From: Vitrella brassicaformis CCMP3155
Lineage: Eukaryota; Protista; Chromerida
NCBI GenBank assembly: GCA_001179505.1
Contig: CDMY01000275.1
Span: 1 to 63,932 of the forward strand
Direction: 5' to 3'
DNA: 63,932 bases
Positions 25,061 to 37,375 of the stretch are shown one piece after another. Made by a program: the position numbers and the translations under genes. The number at the start of each line of letters is the position of its first letter. Positions within the stretch are counted from its first letter, which is position 1. The notes beneath the pieces were generated by a model. It was given only the letters and a program-made list of their open reading frames with translations. It was not told the origin of the DNA and searched no databases.

Positions 25061-28000
25061 CTACAAGTAAAAATTGGTGCAATTGAGGTGCTTGTGGGGC
25101 TTGTCCCACTTCAACGCGCCACTGATGTACTGCAACAACCTAACACACACACACACACACACGCGCGCACGCACGAGTCCATCGTGTAATGCACTCAGTG
25201 TGTTGGCTCTTAGCATGCCCACTTCTCTGCCATCTTGACGGGAGCCGGCACCTTGATGCCCTCATCCCGCTCTGACACACACAGACATCCACATAAACAC
25301 ATGGACACACACGTGGTGTGTGTGGCGATTCGTTCTTGCTACTGCACTGACTGTGGAAGTTCTGATAGCTCATCGTCAGCAGGTGCGTGTAGATGTACAG
25401 GTTGGGCACTGACACGCCTGCAGCACACACACAGCTGCAGACAGACATGGTGGGCGTCGCCCTCCCTCTTTTGGCCCTTTCCCCGCCCACACACCGGTGT
25501 TGTTGTACAGCACGTGGTAGAGCGTTGGTGTGGGGCACGAGCCAGGGGGGGCTCGGCCGTGGTAGAAGTAGAAGTCCCACACGTCCCTCGACGTCACACC
25601 CGAATCCACCACAGTACCTGCACACACAGACAGGCAGACACACAGACAAACGGATCCATCCACACACTCATGCAGTCATCCCTCCCGCGCACCCACCTGG
25701 CTGGACGCTGCCGTCGCCTCTTCGATAGGCGTCGTGCGACCGCTTCCCGCCGTTCCCCCCATACCCGCCCCCATTCCCACCATTGCCGCGCCCATACCCG
25801 CCCCCATAGCGGCCGCCGCGGTCGGTGGGTCGCGCCGGCGACGCGTGCGACGAGGGGTAGGTGGACGGCAGGGAGGGGGTCGTCTGGGTGCTCGTGGCGG
25901 GCGGCACGTCGCCGCCGCGGGGACGCACATCACGGGGCTCCGACACATGAGTGGTGAATCTGACAGAGAAGGAGAGATTATTCACGTGTCGTACGCCGAT
26001 GGTTCGTTCTTTCGTCTGCACGTACCGCATCGTGACGTGTTTGTTGACAAAGATGAACGCGACGGTGGGGCGAGGGAACTCGTTGAGGTCCTTGGTGTGG
26101 GGCGTGAGCTTGGCGGTCGTGAGGGCCGCCTCCTCGTCCTTGCCCTGACTGATGAGGCCGGCGAACTTGTTCTTGCGCGCAGTGAGGGCCTCGTTGGCCT
26201 TGGCGAGGGCCTCGTTGATGCCCTCAAACACGCCGGGCAGCTCGAAACGCACACACGTAACTTTCTGACCCTCAGACACCCCTACACATAAAACACACAC
26301 AACACATACACACACAATGAGCGGCTGGCTGGATGGCTGCCTTGCTCAGTGGCCCACCGCTGCGATAAATGAGGATCTGGTCGGGGAGCTCCGAGTGAGT
26401 GATGAAATACTTCTTGCATGCGGCTGAAGAACCACAAGAGCATCAAGGGGCGTGTGTGTGTGGCATGTGGCGATCTGCTCTGCCCTGCTCACCGGTGAAG
26501 GACTCCTTGACTTTTGTCCAGTCGACGGCCGTGGCCTGAGCGCTCTCGAAGAAGTCCACCTGCATACGTAACACACCACACACAGCAAAGGGTGAAAGGA
26601 CCAGGCCAGCGAATGTGTCAATGTGTGTGTGGCTGAGAGATGAGCGGATGGGTACCCGTGACAGGTATCTCGTGTATTTCTCGTTGAAGGACGCCGTGAA
26701 GACCATGCAGATCTGCCACTTGCCGTGTACTGCACCACACCACACACACACACACACACCCCATTCCCTCTCCCCCGTGTGTACTTGTGCGACTGTCTGA
26801 GTGTGTACCTTTGCGCCTGATGGTGTCGATGCCGCAGACCATGGTCTTCTTGCGGCCCTCCACACCGTCTGGGCCGAAATCGGGGTGCCGATCAGCCACC
26901 TTGACGTGATACGAGTAGCCACTCATCTATATGTGCACAGACACAGACAGACAGACGTATGAGTGACACATTTGGTACATCCATCTCTGTGTGTGTGGGT
27001 GTGTGGGTGGGTGGCTGACCTTGTTGCGGATTTTGTCGATGACCTTCGCCTCGGCCACTCCCCATTTCTTCTGCACCGTACTCGCCTTCAAGCACTGATG
27101 ATCATACTCCACACAAACACATGGATGTGTGCGCGTCTGTCTGGTGTCCTGTGTGTCGTCCCATCCCCTCTATCTACCTGGCTGGCACACACTATGGAGT
27201 CTTGTGTCGAGTGGAGGCTGAAGGCCTGCTTGATCTTGGCCCGGTCCTCCCCCACTGCATCCTTCGAGCGACCGCCACTACAGACACACACACACACACA
27301 CATACATGGCCGCATTAATGTGGTGTGATGGCGTGTTCGGTTCGGTGGGGGGGGGGGGCGTACCTGTCGTCGAGTATCCACACGATGCACGTGATGCCGC
27401 CGTTGAACTCGCGCACACGCTCAGCCGCCTGCCGCAGGTCGGTGTCCGTCACGCCTCGCTCGTGACTCGCCAAATCCACCGTGTAAACTGGGTTGAACCT
27501 GACACACACACAGACACACAGGTGTATGTGAGCATGTCGATAGCAGGCACACGTGTGTGTCGAGGGAGGGAGGGGCGTGTGGTACTCACGGACGGCCCGT
27601 CTGATCGGTGTGTTCGTCGAGCAGACCAAAGCCTGCAATCAACCAAACAAACAAACAAACATACACCCATACTCAGACACCAAGCTCGCAGGAACATCAT
27701 GCTCCTCTGGTGAGGGGGTCCCTCTCTGCTTACGTTTGCCCTTGGTCATGAGGGAGTCGACCAGTCGGCGTCGGAGGTCCGTGTGGCGGCCCTTGCACAC
27801 GAACAGCGCCCTGTTGAACTTCACTGTTTGCTGCTCGTCATCCTGGATACACACACACACACACACACATACACATATGTTGAATGAATGACACTCCTGC
27901 GGCGCTGCGGTGACCTCCAGGTTCTCGGTGGAATAGCCGCTGAACAGGCTGCTCGATATTTGGGAGGCTTCTACTTCTACGGCACTCGGCATCTGAACAA

Positions 28001-30514
28001 CAGATACACACACACACACACACACATATCTGTCTGAGTGTGTTCTATGCGTGTCTGTATGTCTGTCTGTGTATGGTACCATCTGCAGATGGAACTGTCT
28101 GAGGATCTTCTTCTCGCGCTCCACCTTGTCCAGCGCGCCCAGTAGGTCCTCATACATGCGGAAACGCCGATCTGCAAACAAGATACACCTGAAGGCTCTG
28201 TGTGCGTGTGTGTGTGTGTGTCGGTTTATGTGTGGTACCTGGGGGAAGTCGGCAGTAGTTGTGGACGAGCTGCATCTTCTGCCGGTTGCTCTTGGTCTCA
28301 TCATCCAGCCCTGCACACACACGGGTCATACGCACATAAGCAGACCAACACACTTCCCCCGACGGCCGTCTGTGTTGGTGTGTCGCACGTTTCTGACCTG
28401 TCAGGTAGCACAGCGTGGTGGGGATGAATATCTCCTTGCCGTTGCGAATGCTCTTGACAAATGGCTGTCTGCTCGGGGACAGGTACTTGTCCGCCGACAC
28501 GCCACGGAGACGGCTGTAGTGCTGCACACACAGGTACACGAACAGACATGCGAAGAGGGCTATGTGTGTTCTTTTGTGTGTTGCGCGACAGCTGACCTGG
28601 CTAAAGTAGTCAAAGAACGTGACGAAGTCGTTCGTGCGGTTGTTCATGAAGCCATCTTTCTTCAGATCTTTCTCAACCAACTGCAAATCACCCGTCACAC
28701 ACGCACACACACACACACAGACACACACACACACACACACAGAGGTGGGAGAAACATATGGATGCACGCGGCCTCCTTCTCGCTTCTCACTCCGTCGATG
28801 CGATACCACTGGTCCGCATGGTCTGACATCACCCACAGAGAGAGAGAGAGAGAAGCGACACATACATGAAAGCAGCGTGTCGTGTGTATGCGGCGTGTTC
28901 GGCTGTGTGTCTTACATGTGACCACGCCACGCCCCTCATACAACTCGCCGAGCACGGCCAGGTTGGCGGCCTTCGACGAGCTACCTGCACACACATGGAC
29001 GGCAACGGACAAGAAACCGTGTGTGGCCTCTCTCTCTCTCTCCCTGTGTGTGTGTGTGTGTGTGTGTATGTGTGCGTGTGGGATGTGAGCTGACGCATTG
29101 CAGCCTGCAGTATCTCGTAGACCGGGGCCTCCTTGATGCAGATGTGCTTCACATCAAGCTGAACACCAACACACACCAACACACACACACGTGTCTGTGG
29201 TGCCCTCCCTCCCTCCCTCCCTGTTTCCCTCACTCCCCCGCCCGCCACCCCACCTGCAGCACGGGTCCTCTCATGGTGGCGATGGTGGTGAGGATCATGC
29301 CTCGGCACACGCGGATGGAGTGCTGGTCCGGGGTGCTGCGCTCCGGCTTGAGAGTGCACACGGGGGCTGCAAAGTCGAAGTACACCCCTCTCACACCGCA
29401 ACGCTGAACCAGACCATCACCACCACGCCATCACAACCACAGATACATGCCATGCAGCGCATACGTGTTATGGTGTCGTGTTCACCTTTGACTTGCGCGC
29501 CAGGGCCTTGAACAGGTTGTCGAGGTACATACGGCCCTCCTGGCTCCTCATCACACCGAAATCAGCTGCACAGCACACCCACAAAGAGAGAGAAGAGAGG
29601 GACCAAAGACGCACACGTTCGTCGAGGTGTGTTTGTGTGGTGCGTGTGGTTTGGTGGGTTACGTACGGCAGAAAGACTTACCAACGTCGAGTTTCTTGAC
29701 GCGCGTGAATGTGAACTCGTACTCGACGTCCATCTCATCGCTACGCATCGCGGGCTTCTGCAGGACACACCGAGAGAGGGAGGGAGGTGAATGCGTCATG
29801 TGTGCGTGTTTCCCTCCTTTCATCCCTCGTGTACGTACGAGTTTGAGTGTGGCGGTAACCTCGAGCTGCTGGCCGGGAATGGCGGCTGCGATGAGCTGGC
29901 GGCCGGTGGGCACGATGTACTGGCTCTTCAACGCCTGCTCCACCTGAGAAAGCCATCCATCCATCCATCCATTACAGAGAGAGAGAGAGAGAACCATTAC
30001 AGAGAGAGAGCGGTGACACACACACACACACACACGCGCGTAAAATAACAGAGAGGAGGGATGGTGCATCCATCACCTTCTTGGCGCTGCGAGCGACGGC
30101 CGTCCGCATCTGGAAGGAAACCTCCTGAATGAGAACAAATAGTACGCACTTGCGCTCCTGACCTTCGCCAGACACAAGCCACTTACTTTCTCGTTGTACG
30201 CGTCGAGATCCTCGGCCTTGACGTCGTACAACACCCACTCCGCTCCATGGCACTGCTGGAGCTCGAAACAGTTGCTTTTGAGCCTCACCTGCACACACTC
30301 AGACAGGAGGAGCACAGATTCCAAAGAAACGGCCTCTCTGCAGATGAATCTCTCGTGCCTTAGCGAAGTTCTGGCGGTTTGACACATGTGCAGGCTGCTG
30401 CGGTGCACCAGGTGCACTTGCAGGGAAGCCTGCGACGCTCTCTGGCGGTGGAGGGACGGCGCCGGCGGGGTCAGCAGCAGCAACCGCGCTCGAGGACGGC
30501 TGCTGGAAACTCAT
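25061..30514 (-). CDS. Argonaute/PIWI-family protein (PIWI-like C-terminus), many exons
   Basis: N-domain VRLKSNCF...LYDV. PAZ-like VTFFDYF...YLSP.RQPF...IFIPTTLCYLTG. MID IKQAF/HQCL/KIRNKMSG. PIWI MVCGID, ASFNEKYTRYLSR, ILIYRSGVSEGQ, FIFVNKH, PGTVVDSGVT, DFYF, PTLYHVLY, IKVPAPVKMAEK; C-terminus ...HLNCTNFYL* (TAG 25061-25063). Confidence 0.95.
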
Positions 30515-30987
30515 CAGTGAGGAGATATCTGGGGAGCAAATATCAGGCTGCGCAATTCTCTGTATTTGAGACTGCGAGCTAAGCGTGCAAGCGCGAAGAA
30601 GGTAACAGCATCGATTGTGGTGTATCCTCGCGTTGGCGGTGCCCCAAGCGTCGGGAACCAGTTCTCCGTCAGAATCTCGAGTCTACTGCGCCCACACGAT
30701 GGATGAAACGCTCCCCCATTTGTGTGAAACGTCGTGGGGGGAAGAGCTGCGGCAGTATGATGAAAAACGACTGTAAGCGGCGCACAAAGGATGCGCACAA
30801 GTGACACTTCATGTGATTTTGCTGTGTTCGCTTGCCTCAATGCAGTGCATGCTCCGACGAGTTCTTCCAGGGGAGGCAAGAGAAGTTCAGCCACGGTAGG
30901 CGCCACGATGGATGAACACGCCGGGGCTTGACCGGGCTGCTCTGCTTGGTGTCTTCAGCTCACATCAAGGCACGTGAGCAGGTGTTC

Positions 30988-31287
30988 NNNNNNNNNNNNN
31001 NNNNNNNNNNNNNNNNNNNNNNNNNNNNNNNNNNNNNNNNNNNNNNNNNNNNNNNNNNNNNNNNNNNNNNNNNNNNNNNNNNNNNNNNNNNNNNNNNNNN
31101 NNNNNNNNNNNNNNNNNNNNNNNNNNNNNNNNNNNNNNNNNNNNNNNNNNNNNNNNNNNNNNNNNNNNNNNNNNNNNNNNNNNNNNNNNNNNNNNNNNNN
31201 NNNNNNNNNNNNNNNNNNNNNNNNNNNNNNNNNNNNNNNNNNNNNNNNNNNNNNNNNNNNNNNNNNNNNNNNNNNNNNNNNNNNNNN
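30988..31287. other. Assembly gap (300 N)
   Basis: N run. Further 300-N gaps at 48032-48331, 52090-52389 and 60934-61233; the identical size indicates placeholder lengths. Confidence 1.
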
Positions 31288-32149
31288 CTTTCGCAGCCGC
31301 GCGTGTGACACAACACTGTGTGTGTGTGTGTGTATGTGTGTGGGTGTGGGTGTGGGTGTGGGTGCAGGTATGACCAGGCCATCAGTCCTGATTACTTGTG
31401 GGAGGTGCAGCAGGGCATCAACGACGCCTGCATCGGGGCCAGAAGGAACCAGCAGGACTTCATTCCTTTCGTCTCAAGTACGTGAGCCGAATGGCATGCG
31501 CACACACGTGTGCCCGCCTGACTGAGCGCTCTCCTTCTGTTGTCTTGTCTTTTCCCCGCCAGACGACAACTATATGCGAGCCTGCCAGTCGTCATCATCC
31601 GTCTGCACCAGCTTCGACAACTTCGACGAATATAAAGTCAGCAACACCGAACATCCACACACACACACACACACACACGCGCAGGGATATCTGGGGAGCA
31701 AATATCAGGCTGCGCAATTCTCTGTATTTGAGACTGCGAGCTAAGCGTGCAAGCGCGAAGAAGGTAACAGCATCGATTGTGGTGTATCCTCGCGTTGGCG
31801 GTGCCCCAAGCGTCGGGAACCAGTTCTCCGTCAGAATCTCGAGTCTACTGCGCCCACACGATGGATGAAACGCTCCCCCATTTGTGTGAAACGTCGTGGG
31901 GGGAAGAGCTGCGGCAGTATGATGAAAAACGACTGTAAGCGGCGCACAAAGGATGCGCACAAGTGACACTTCATGTGATTTTGCTGTGTTCGCTTGCCTC
32001 AATGCAGTGCATGCTCCGACGAGTTCTTCCAGGGGAGGCAAGAGAAGTTCAGCCACGGTAGGCGCCACGATGGATGAACACGCCGGGGCTTGACCGGGCT
32101 GCTCTGCTTGGTGTCTTCAGCTCACATCAAGGCACGTGAGCAGGTGTTC
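31288..32149. repeat. Gap-adjacent duplicated sequence: 31288-31687 copies 45969-46362; 31686-32149 copies 30524-30987
   Basis: Near-identical text by eye. One substitution (tgcacca vs tgcgcca) and microsatellite length differences in the first block. Confidence 0.9.
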
Positions 32150-33852
32150 AATCCGCTGCTTCAGCTGTACAGAGACCCAAATCAGGTGGATGACGATAGT
32201 CACTGACGTGACTGACCAGAAAAATGCATGGGGGCCGTTCCTATGTATGTGTTCAGGAGGAAGAGAGTAGGATGAGTGAGATGGCCCGCACTCTGCAATC
32301 TCTCAACGCTGCTCGAGACAAGCAGCTCATGGAGGAAACCACGTAATAATAAGCGGAGGTGGTGACTGGGCGGCGATTGATTGATGTCTATCTGTTCATC
32401 TCGTGTTGGTCGTTGGCTGCAGGTACAATGTGGTGACGAACGAGGAACGTCTACCGCCAGGCAAGGACCATCTCAGCACCATTCCGGTACGCCGCGTGCA
32501 GTGATGGGCAGCCAGGGCGTTCATCATTCATGTCTGTCTGCTTCTTGTCTCCATTCTGTCAACAGAAAGACATGGCAGGATTAGCGGGTCGAAAGAGTCG
32601 CCGGCCTGACAAACCACGGATGACAAGAGGCGCTGACGCCCCGCCTCGCTTCCTCAACACATTCGCTGACTTCAACATTGTGACCAACCGGCCGCACGAC
32701 GAACACAACACCTCTCTGGCCATGACGGGCTGCAGGCCACGTCCATCCGACCCGATAAAGGAGCCTAGGGCCAAGCTCATACCTCCCTTCAACATCAGGG
32801 ATTTCAATATCGTCAACAACAAGTACTACGCCCACAACGAGGAGAAAGAGCGGGTAAGTGAGGGGATGCTCGTCCCGTCCAGACATGCTTCCACTGGTCG
32901 GCCTTTCTGCCATGCATTTCAGATGGAGAAGACAATTTCGCTTCTTGAGGCGACGAAAAAATTCCGCAAGACCAACAGGTAAAAGGCTGATGACTAACCG
33001 ACTCGGTGATATGACTGGTAATGAGCTGCGAGTGTTTTCAGGTTCGATCCCCTCTTGGGCGTCTTCAACGAGAGAGACGAAGAAAGAAGGGCTAGAAGGT
33101 GATATGCATAGAGATTATGCCATGCTCGTCGTCCACTTGATCACACATTTGTCCTCAGGATTGAGATGGAGGTTACGTGCAGTGCCCCGCTGCGACAAGC
33201 GGAGGGAAGACCAGACTTCATGCTCTTCAGGTCCGACGACACCGGCGAGATTTTCATCCTCACTGGATGTGTCTGTATGACTGACCGTCAGGGAATCGGA
33301 GCACTACGATATGATTGGACACAGGGCCTTCAATTTAGACCTGCTCGCAGATGTCGATGAAGCGCTGCGGGCAAGAAAAGCCAGGTGAGACGTATACATG
33401 GGAGCACGGAATGGATGGATACCCGCTCGAATCGGATGACACGACGTCGTTTTCCAGGTTTTCAATGCGACACAACGTCGATGCGTCCCGCTCGGTGCGT
33501 GGATGGCTTGACAAAAGAGACGCCAGTGAGAAACAGAGCATGTATGTCGCGTTCAGGCCACTGAGGGCGAGAGGACAGCCAAGATTGAGGCGAGGCAGAT
33601 ACATCGCGCATCACCTGAGCGCTTCAAGGCTCAGCTGGACAGGTATTTGTACGAGATTCTCTATCCCACCAGCTGTACTGCCCTGATCCATCTACTCCAT
33701 GCGTGTCTGCGCGCAGAGGTCATGACATTCTTACGAATGAGCCCTACTTGGGCAGGTACGGTCGCTGCATAGCTAAGCCGCGTGTGTACTATAACACGAG
33801 GCCGACGGCGTGGCAGAGACTCGCCAAGACATCGCTTGCATCAGCGTGCTGA
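31920..33852 (+). CDS. Hypothetical protein with repeated [FY]NI[VL][TN]N motifs (flagellar/ciliary-associated type); 5' end uncertain
   Basis: Exons: HIKAREQVFNPLLQLYRDP, SLNAARDKQL, YNVVTNE, DFNIVTNRP, RDFNIVNNKY, FDPLLGVF, RGHDILTNEPY, RPTAWQRL. The functional guess is inference. Confidence 0.6.
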
Positions 33853-34264
33853 AGTGCATGGAGAAATATGGAGATGCATGCCTGCATGTAAGGAGAATGA
33901 CTTGCGTGGGCCGTATATGTCTCTCAACTGTTCTTATTCACAAGCAGCCAGAGAGGTCGGTAAGTGGACAGTGCACGCGCCCCAATGTGTATTTGCCAGC
34001 TCACAGCAATCAAATTCAGGATATGGAGATCAAATGCCGGTGCCAAGAGCCCATTTGACGTAGAGACGACAGCCGTTTCGCTGACATACTTCCTCTAGCT
34101 GATTAATTTGCTGCGTGACAACATGTTTGTGCACAATTCCGTGCGTACGTGCGCGATTCATCAAAGAGTAGTGTCTCGATTGATATGGCTCGCGTCTCTC
34201 CTCATTCGTCCGCCCCTCACACACATGCAGACATCCATCAGGCACGTAGGGTGGACTAGGCCCT

Positions 34265-35083
34265 TCAGTAGATGGTCAGCTGCGCCATCATCTTTGTAAG
34301 CATCACCACTGGCTCCAGTCTGATGAATTTGCTTCTCTCGAGCGCCCTCAAATCATGGTCCTCAGCAGATCTCTTCTCTCCTCGTTTCACTGCTGGTGAA
34401 CGGACATTCATAGCAGACCTCCGACGGGGCTTGGGCTTGGGCCGGTAGTTCAAGCGACAGACGCCACCAGTGTTGGTGCGGACCTTCTCGTTGAATCGCA
34501 CCGTCTTCTTTGAGCGATCCATTGAGAAGGTCTTCTTCAGAATACTCTTCGGCTGTCCGCTCTGCTGCAACTTGTGGCCATTGCGGCCGGCCTGCAGTGT
34601 CACAGTCTTCAGCCCCTGCCAATCCCGCCGGCAGCAACCCCGCCGGCAGGCCTCGCCCGTCCTGCCCCCGCCGTAATTGTTGCACACGTCAGATGTCTCC
34701 CACACGGACTCGCTCTCAATACCGGTCGAGTTCTTGTCGCGCTGCGGCCCTCGAGCTCCAGATTCTTGGCCGCCTCGCTGCTGCTGCGACTGCCCTCTCT
34801 TGACGTTCAGTTGCAGACTTGTCAGCCTCCCGTCTTGGCCGCCTGGATGGGGGTTGGACGAGTCGGACTCCTCTCTCTCTTTGTCTTTCTGCGGGGGCCG
34901 GGGCACGTGCTTCTGGACGTTCAGCTGCAGCGCTGCTTGCGTGGCGCTGTGGCCGTCATAGCGGTCCTGCTGCGCTGTGCCCTGCATCCTGTCCCGGCTG
35001 TCCGTCTCTGTCTCGCTCTCTGTCTCCCCTGTGGCAGGACTGTTCCAAAAGCGATAGAGCCAGCCAAGCCATGGAACGCGCAT
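34265..35083 (-). CDS. Hypothetical low-complexity protein (single exon)
   Basis: Open frame from MRVPWLGW (ATG 35083); Q/S/R-rich with a basic C-terminus (KSILKK...KKTVRF). Confidence 0.45.
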   Translation of the reverse strand: MRVPWLGWLYRFWNSPATGETESETETDSRDRMQGTAQQDRYDGHSATQAALQLNVQKHVPRPPQKDKEREESDSSNPHPGGQDGRLTSLQLNVKRGQSQQQRGGQESGARGPQRDKNSTGIESESVWETSDVCNNYGGGRTGEACRRGCCRRDWQGLKTVTLQAGRNGHKLQQSGQPKSILKKTFSMDRSKKTVRFNEKVRTNTGGVCRLNYRPKPKPRRRSAMNVRSPAVKRGEKRSAEDHDLRALERSKFIRLEPVVMLTKMMAQLTIY

Positions 35084-35270
35084 CGTTGTGTCTCCTTTGC
35101 CGAGAAAAACAAATACACCGGGAAAGGCAAGCCGGGCCTGCGAGCTGAGCTCGCAGCAGTGCAGGATGGACGCTCCAAAGGCTGAGCGGTGCAAAAGGAA
35201 GTGGGATCTGCACGAGAAGATGGCCCCGGTCCACATGCATTCGTTGTTTGTGTGCAGGCTTCGGCAGGCT

Positions 35271-36925
35271 CATGACGTCGACAGAATCGCCCTCCTGGAG
35301 GGAGGTAAGGTTCATCCAGACGCGGAGTGTCTGCGCTGACCCTCAGAGAGTCTCCATTGTGTCATACTTTGCTATGTGCAGAACTCCAGCGGCAGTGCAG
35401 ACTCAGCCAAAGCCTCATGCACGCGCTCTACCTCGGGTATGTCATCTTGAGTCAATTGATGCAACAAGACAAACAAGTGGCCATCCATTGCAAAGCTGCA
35501 TGCCGTCTCTGTCTCTCATTACTGTCGTCTGCGTTAGATCCACAAGCATCCCTCTGCTCTTCTTCCAGCCCGGTGGAGAAAGAGAGGACGCCGAGCGCCA
35601 CCCGAAAGAGTTTGTACCGTCCTTTGTCTCGCCTTCCTTCCCCTTCATCCCTCCTGTCGGCTGGCCTGGCGAGTTATCGCATGATCAACAGAAACCCTCC
35701 TTACTGTCCTCTCCGCAAAGCCCAGCATCTCCTGTCGACCGTTGTGAAGAGGAGCAGCGAGACAGCTGTGGGGCTGAGGACGGCGAATGGACGGCTTTCC
35801 ATCGTCAAGAGAGGGACGGTGAGACAGATATGGCGGGCCCGTCCATCGTCCTGTGGCGAGACAATGACGATGGCGATGGCTATGAGGAGGGGGAGGAGAA
35901 GGACTGGCAGACAGACCTGGCGAGAGGGATGCGGAAGCTGTCGGAATGGCTGCATGACATTAATCCTTCACTGAGACAGGGACGTGGTGCGGGGAGGACA
36001 CACGCTGGTACAAGCCTCAGGAGCTCCCCCTCAATGTCCAACGCGTCCGTCCGCCTGCCTCCTAGAGCTGGTGGGATGAGCAGAACGGGATCGGTCATGT
36101 CGGTGCACTCGAGACTGCTGCAGTCGACGATCAGCAGTCGAGCAAGAGAGGTGGAAGGGGAGGCGAGACGGTCGCGTGTGCATCCGAGGATGCTGCGAAG
36201 TGAGGAAGCACTCAATGTAAGGAGCGTACGGCTCTATCAGTGAGGAAGGCGGGAGACATGCTCATCTGTGTCCTTTTCAGGACATGACGAGAGAGATCAA
36301 GGAGCTGGTGGTCGAGCTGAAGAACACGCTGAAGCACACAGCGGCCAAGGAAAGAGTGCTGTATGAATTGGAAGAACAGCTGAAGGCAAAAGCAGACATC
36401 CTCGATAACATAACAGCAGATCTTCGTCAGGTCTCCCAGTCGCAATCGAGGACGCGCCTTCGGCAATCCCCTCCCTCACAGCCAGCAGCCGGGCCAGGCT
36501 CGATTATGCGGATGCAAGCTCCCTGTTCGACGTCTCTCGGTCCTGACGAAAGAGTGGGGCGGCCACAACCTCCCTTGCAGGACAGCGGGTCACGCCCCGT
36601 GTCTCCGCCGACCGACAAACGCCCCGTCGTCTCTGCCGCAGTTCCGCAGACGTTGCCTTCCCCCTCACTACCGTCCATCGACAGCTCACTGCTCCAGTCT
36701 GTGACGAGAATGCGAGGCGTCGATGGCGAGGGTGCGTTTCAGCCACACGCCAGGCTGCCGCCTCCGACATCCGCCGAGTCAGCCTCTGGCGGCGATCGGC
36801 GATCTCCTATGAGATTGCCGCATTCGCCCAACATTGCATGTACGGCAGCTGTCAGAACGGTGAACGTTCATACCAAGTCAGACGATGGGAAGACAGCGGA
36901 GGCTAGGGGACGAGCCAGTCAATAA
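35271..36925 (+). CDS. Hypothetical protein with short coiled coil and S/P/R-rich regions; boundaries approximate
   Basis: ORFs 35248-36243 and 36284-36925 joined at plausible splice sites; coiled coil MTREIKELVVELKNTLKHTAAKERVLYELEEQLKAK. Confidence 0.45.
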
Positions 36926-37375
36926 GAAACATCAATTGAAGGTGGCTGACGAATTATGATTTCTTTCACCGTCAGGGAGCTGGCAGGACGTGTCGTGAAG
37001 CGAAAACGCCCCGTCTTGGCCTCGTCGTCAGAGCCCAAGCATCGCACATCCATCTGAGGACATCACACGCATTTTTGCTGGGGGCCAACGAGCCTACCAT
37101 GCTTCAGGCTGGATCGGAGTCGCATTCAGTCCACATTCAAAGCACGCGAGGAAATGAATGAGAGTCTCTGATGTATATATGACTGCTTCGCCCTTGCTGT
37201 GAGACGCAACCATGTGAAGACACTACACTACTGGTGTGTAACTGCTGCCTCTCGTCCCCTTGGAAAAGCTCCCAGACAACAGCAGACCCATGATGTGCAG
37301 TGCACAGCAAGCCGATGAATGCACTGCTCTCTGCACAGTGCAGCAGCAAATCGCAATGCATCGATTTTAATGCAG

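Noticed and set aside
25205-25222. Apparent premature stop in Argonaute (KWAC*)
   Set aside because: Resolved by a phase-2 intron (AA|gtgggc ... gttag|G) giving AEKLLQYISG...FYL*.
30514-32068. Two identical minus-strand ORFs MAPTVAELLL... (30514-30906, 31595-32068)
   Set aside because: They lie in the Argonaute promoter and antisense to another gene's 5' exons; the duplication is best explained by unmerged contig overlap.
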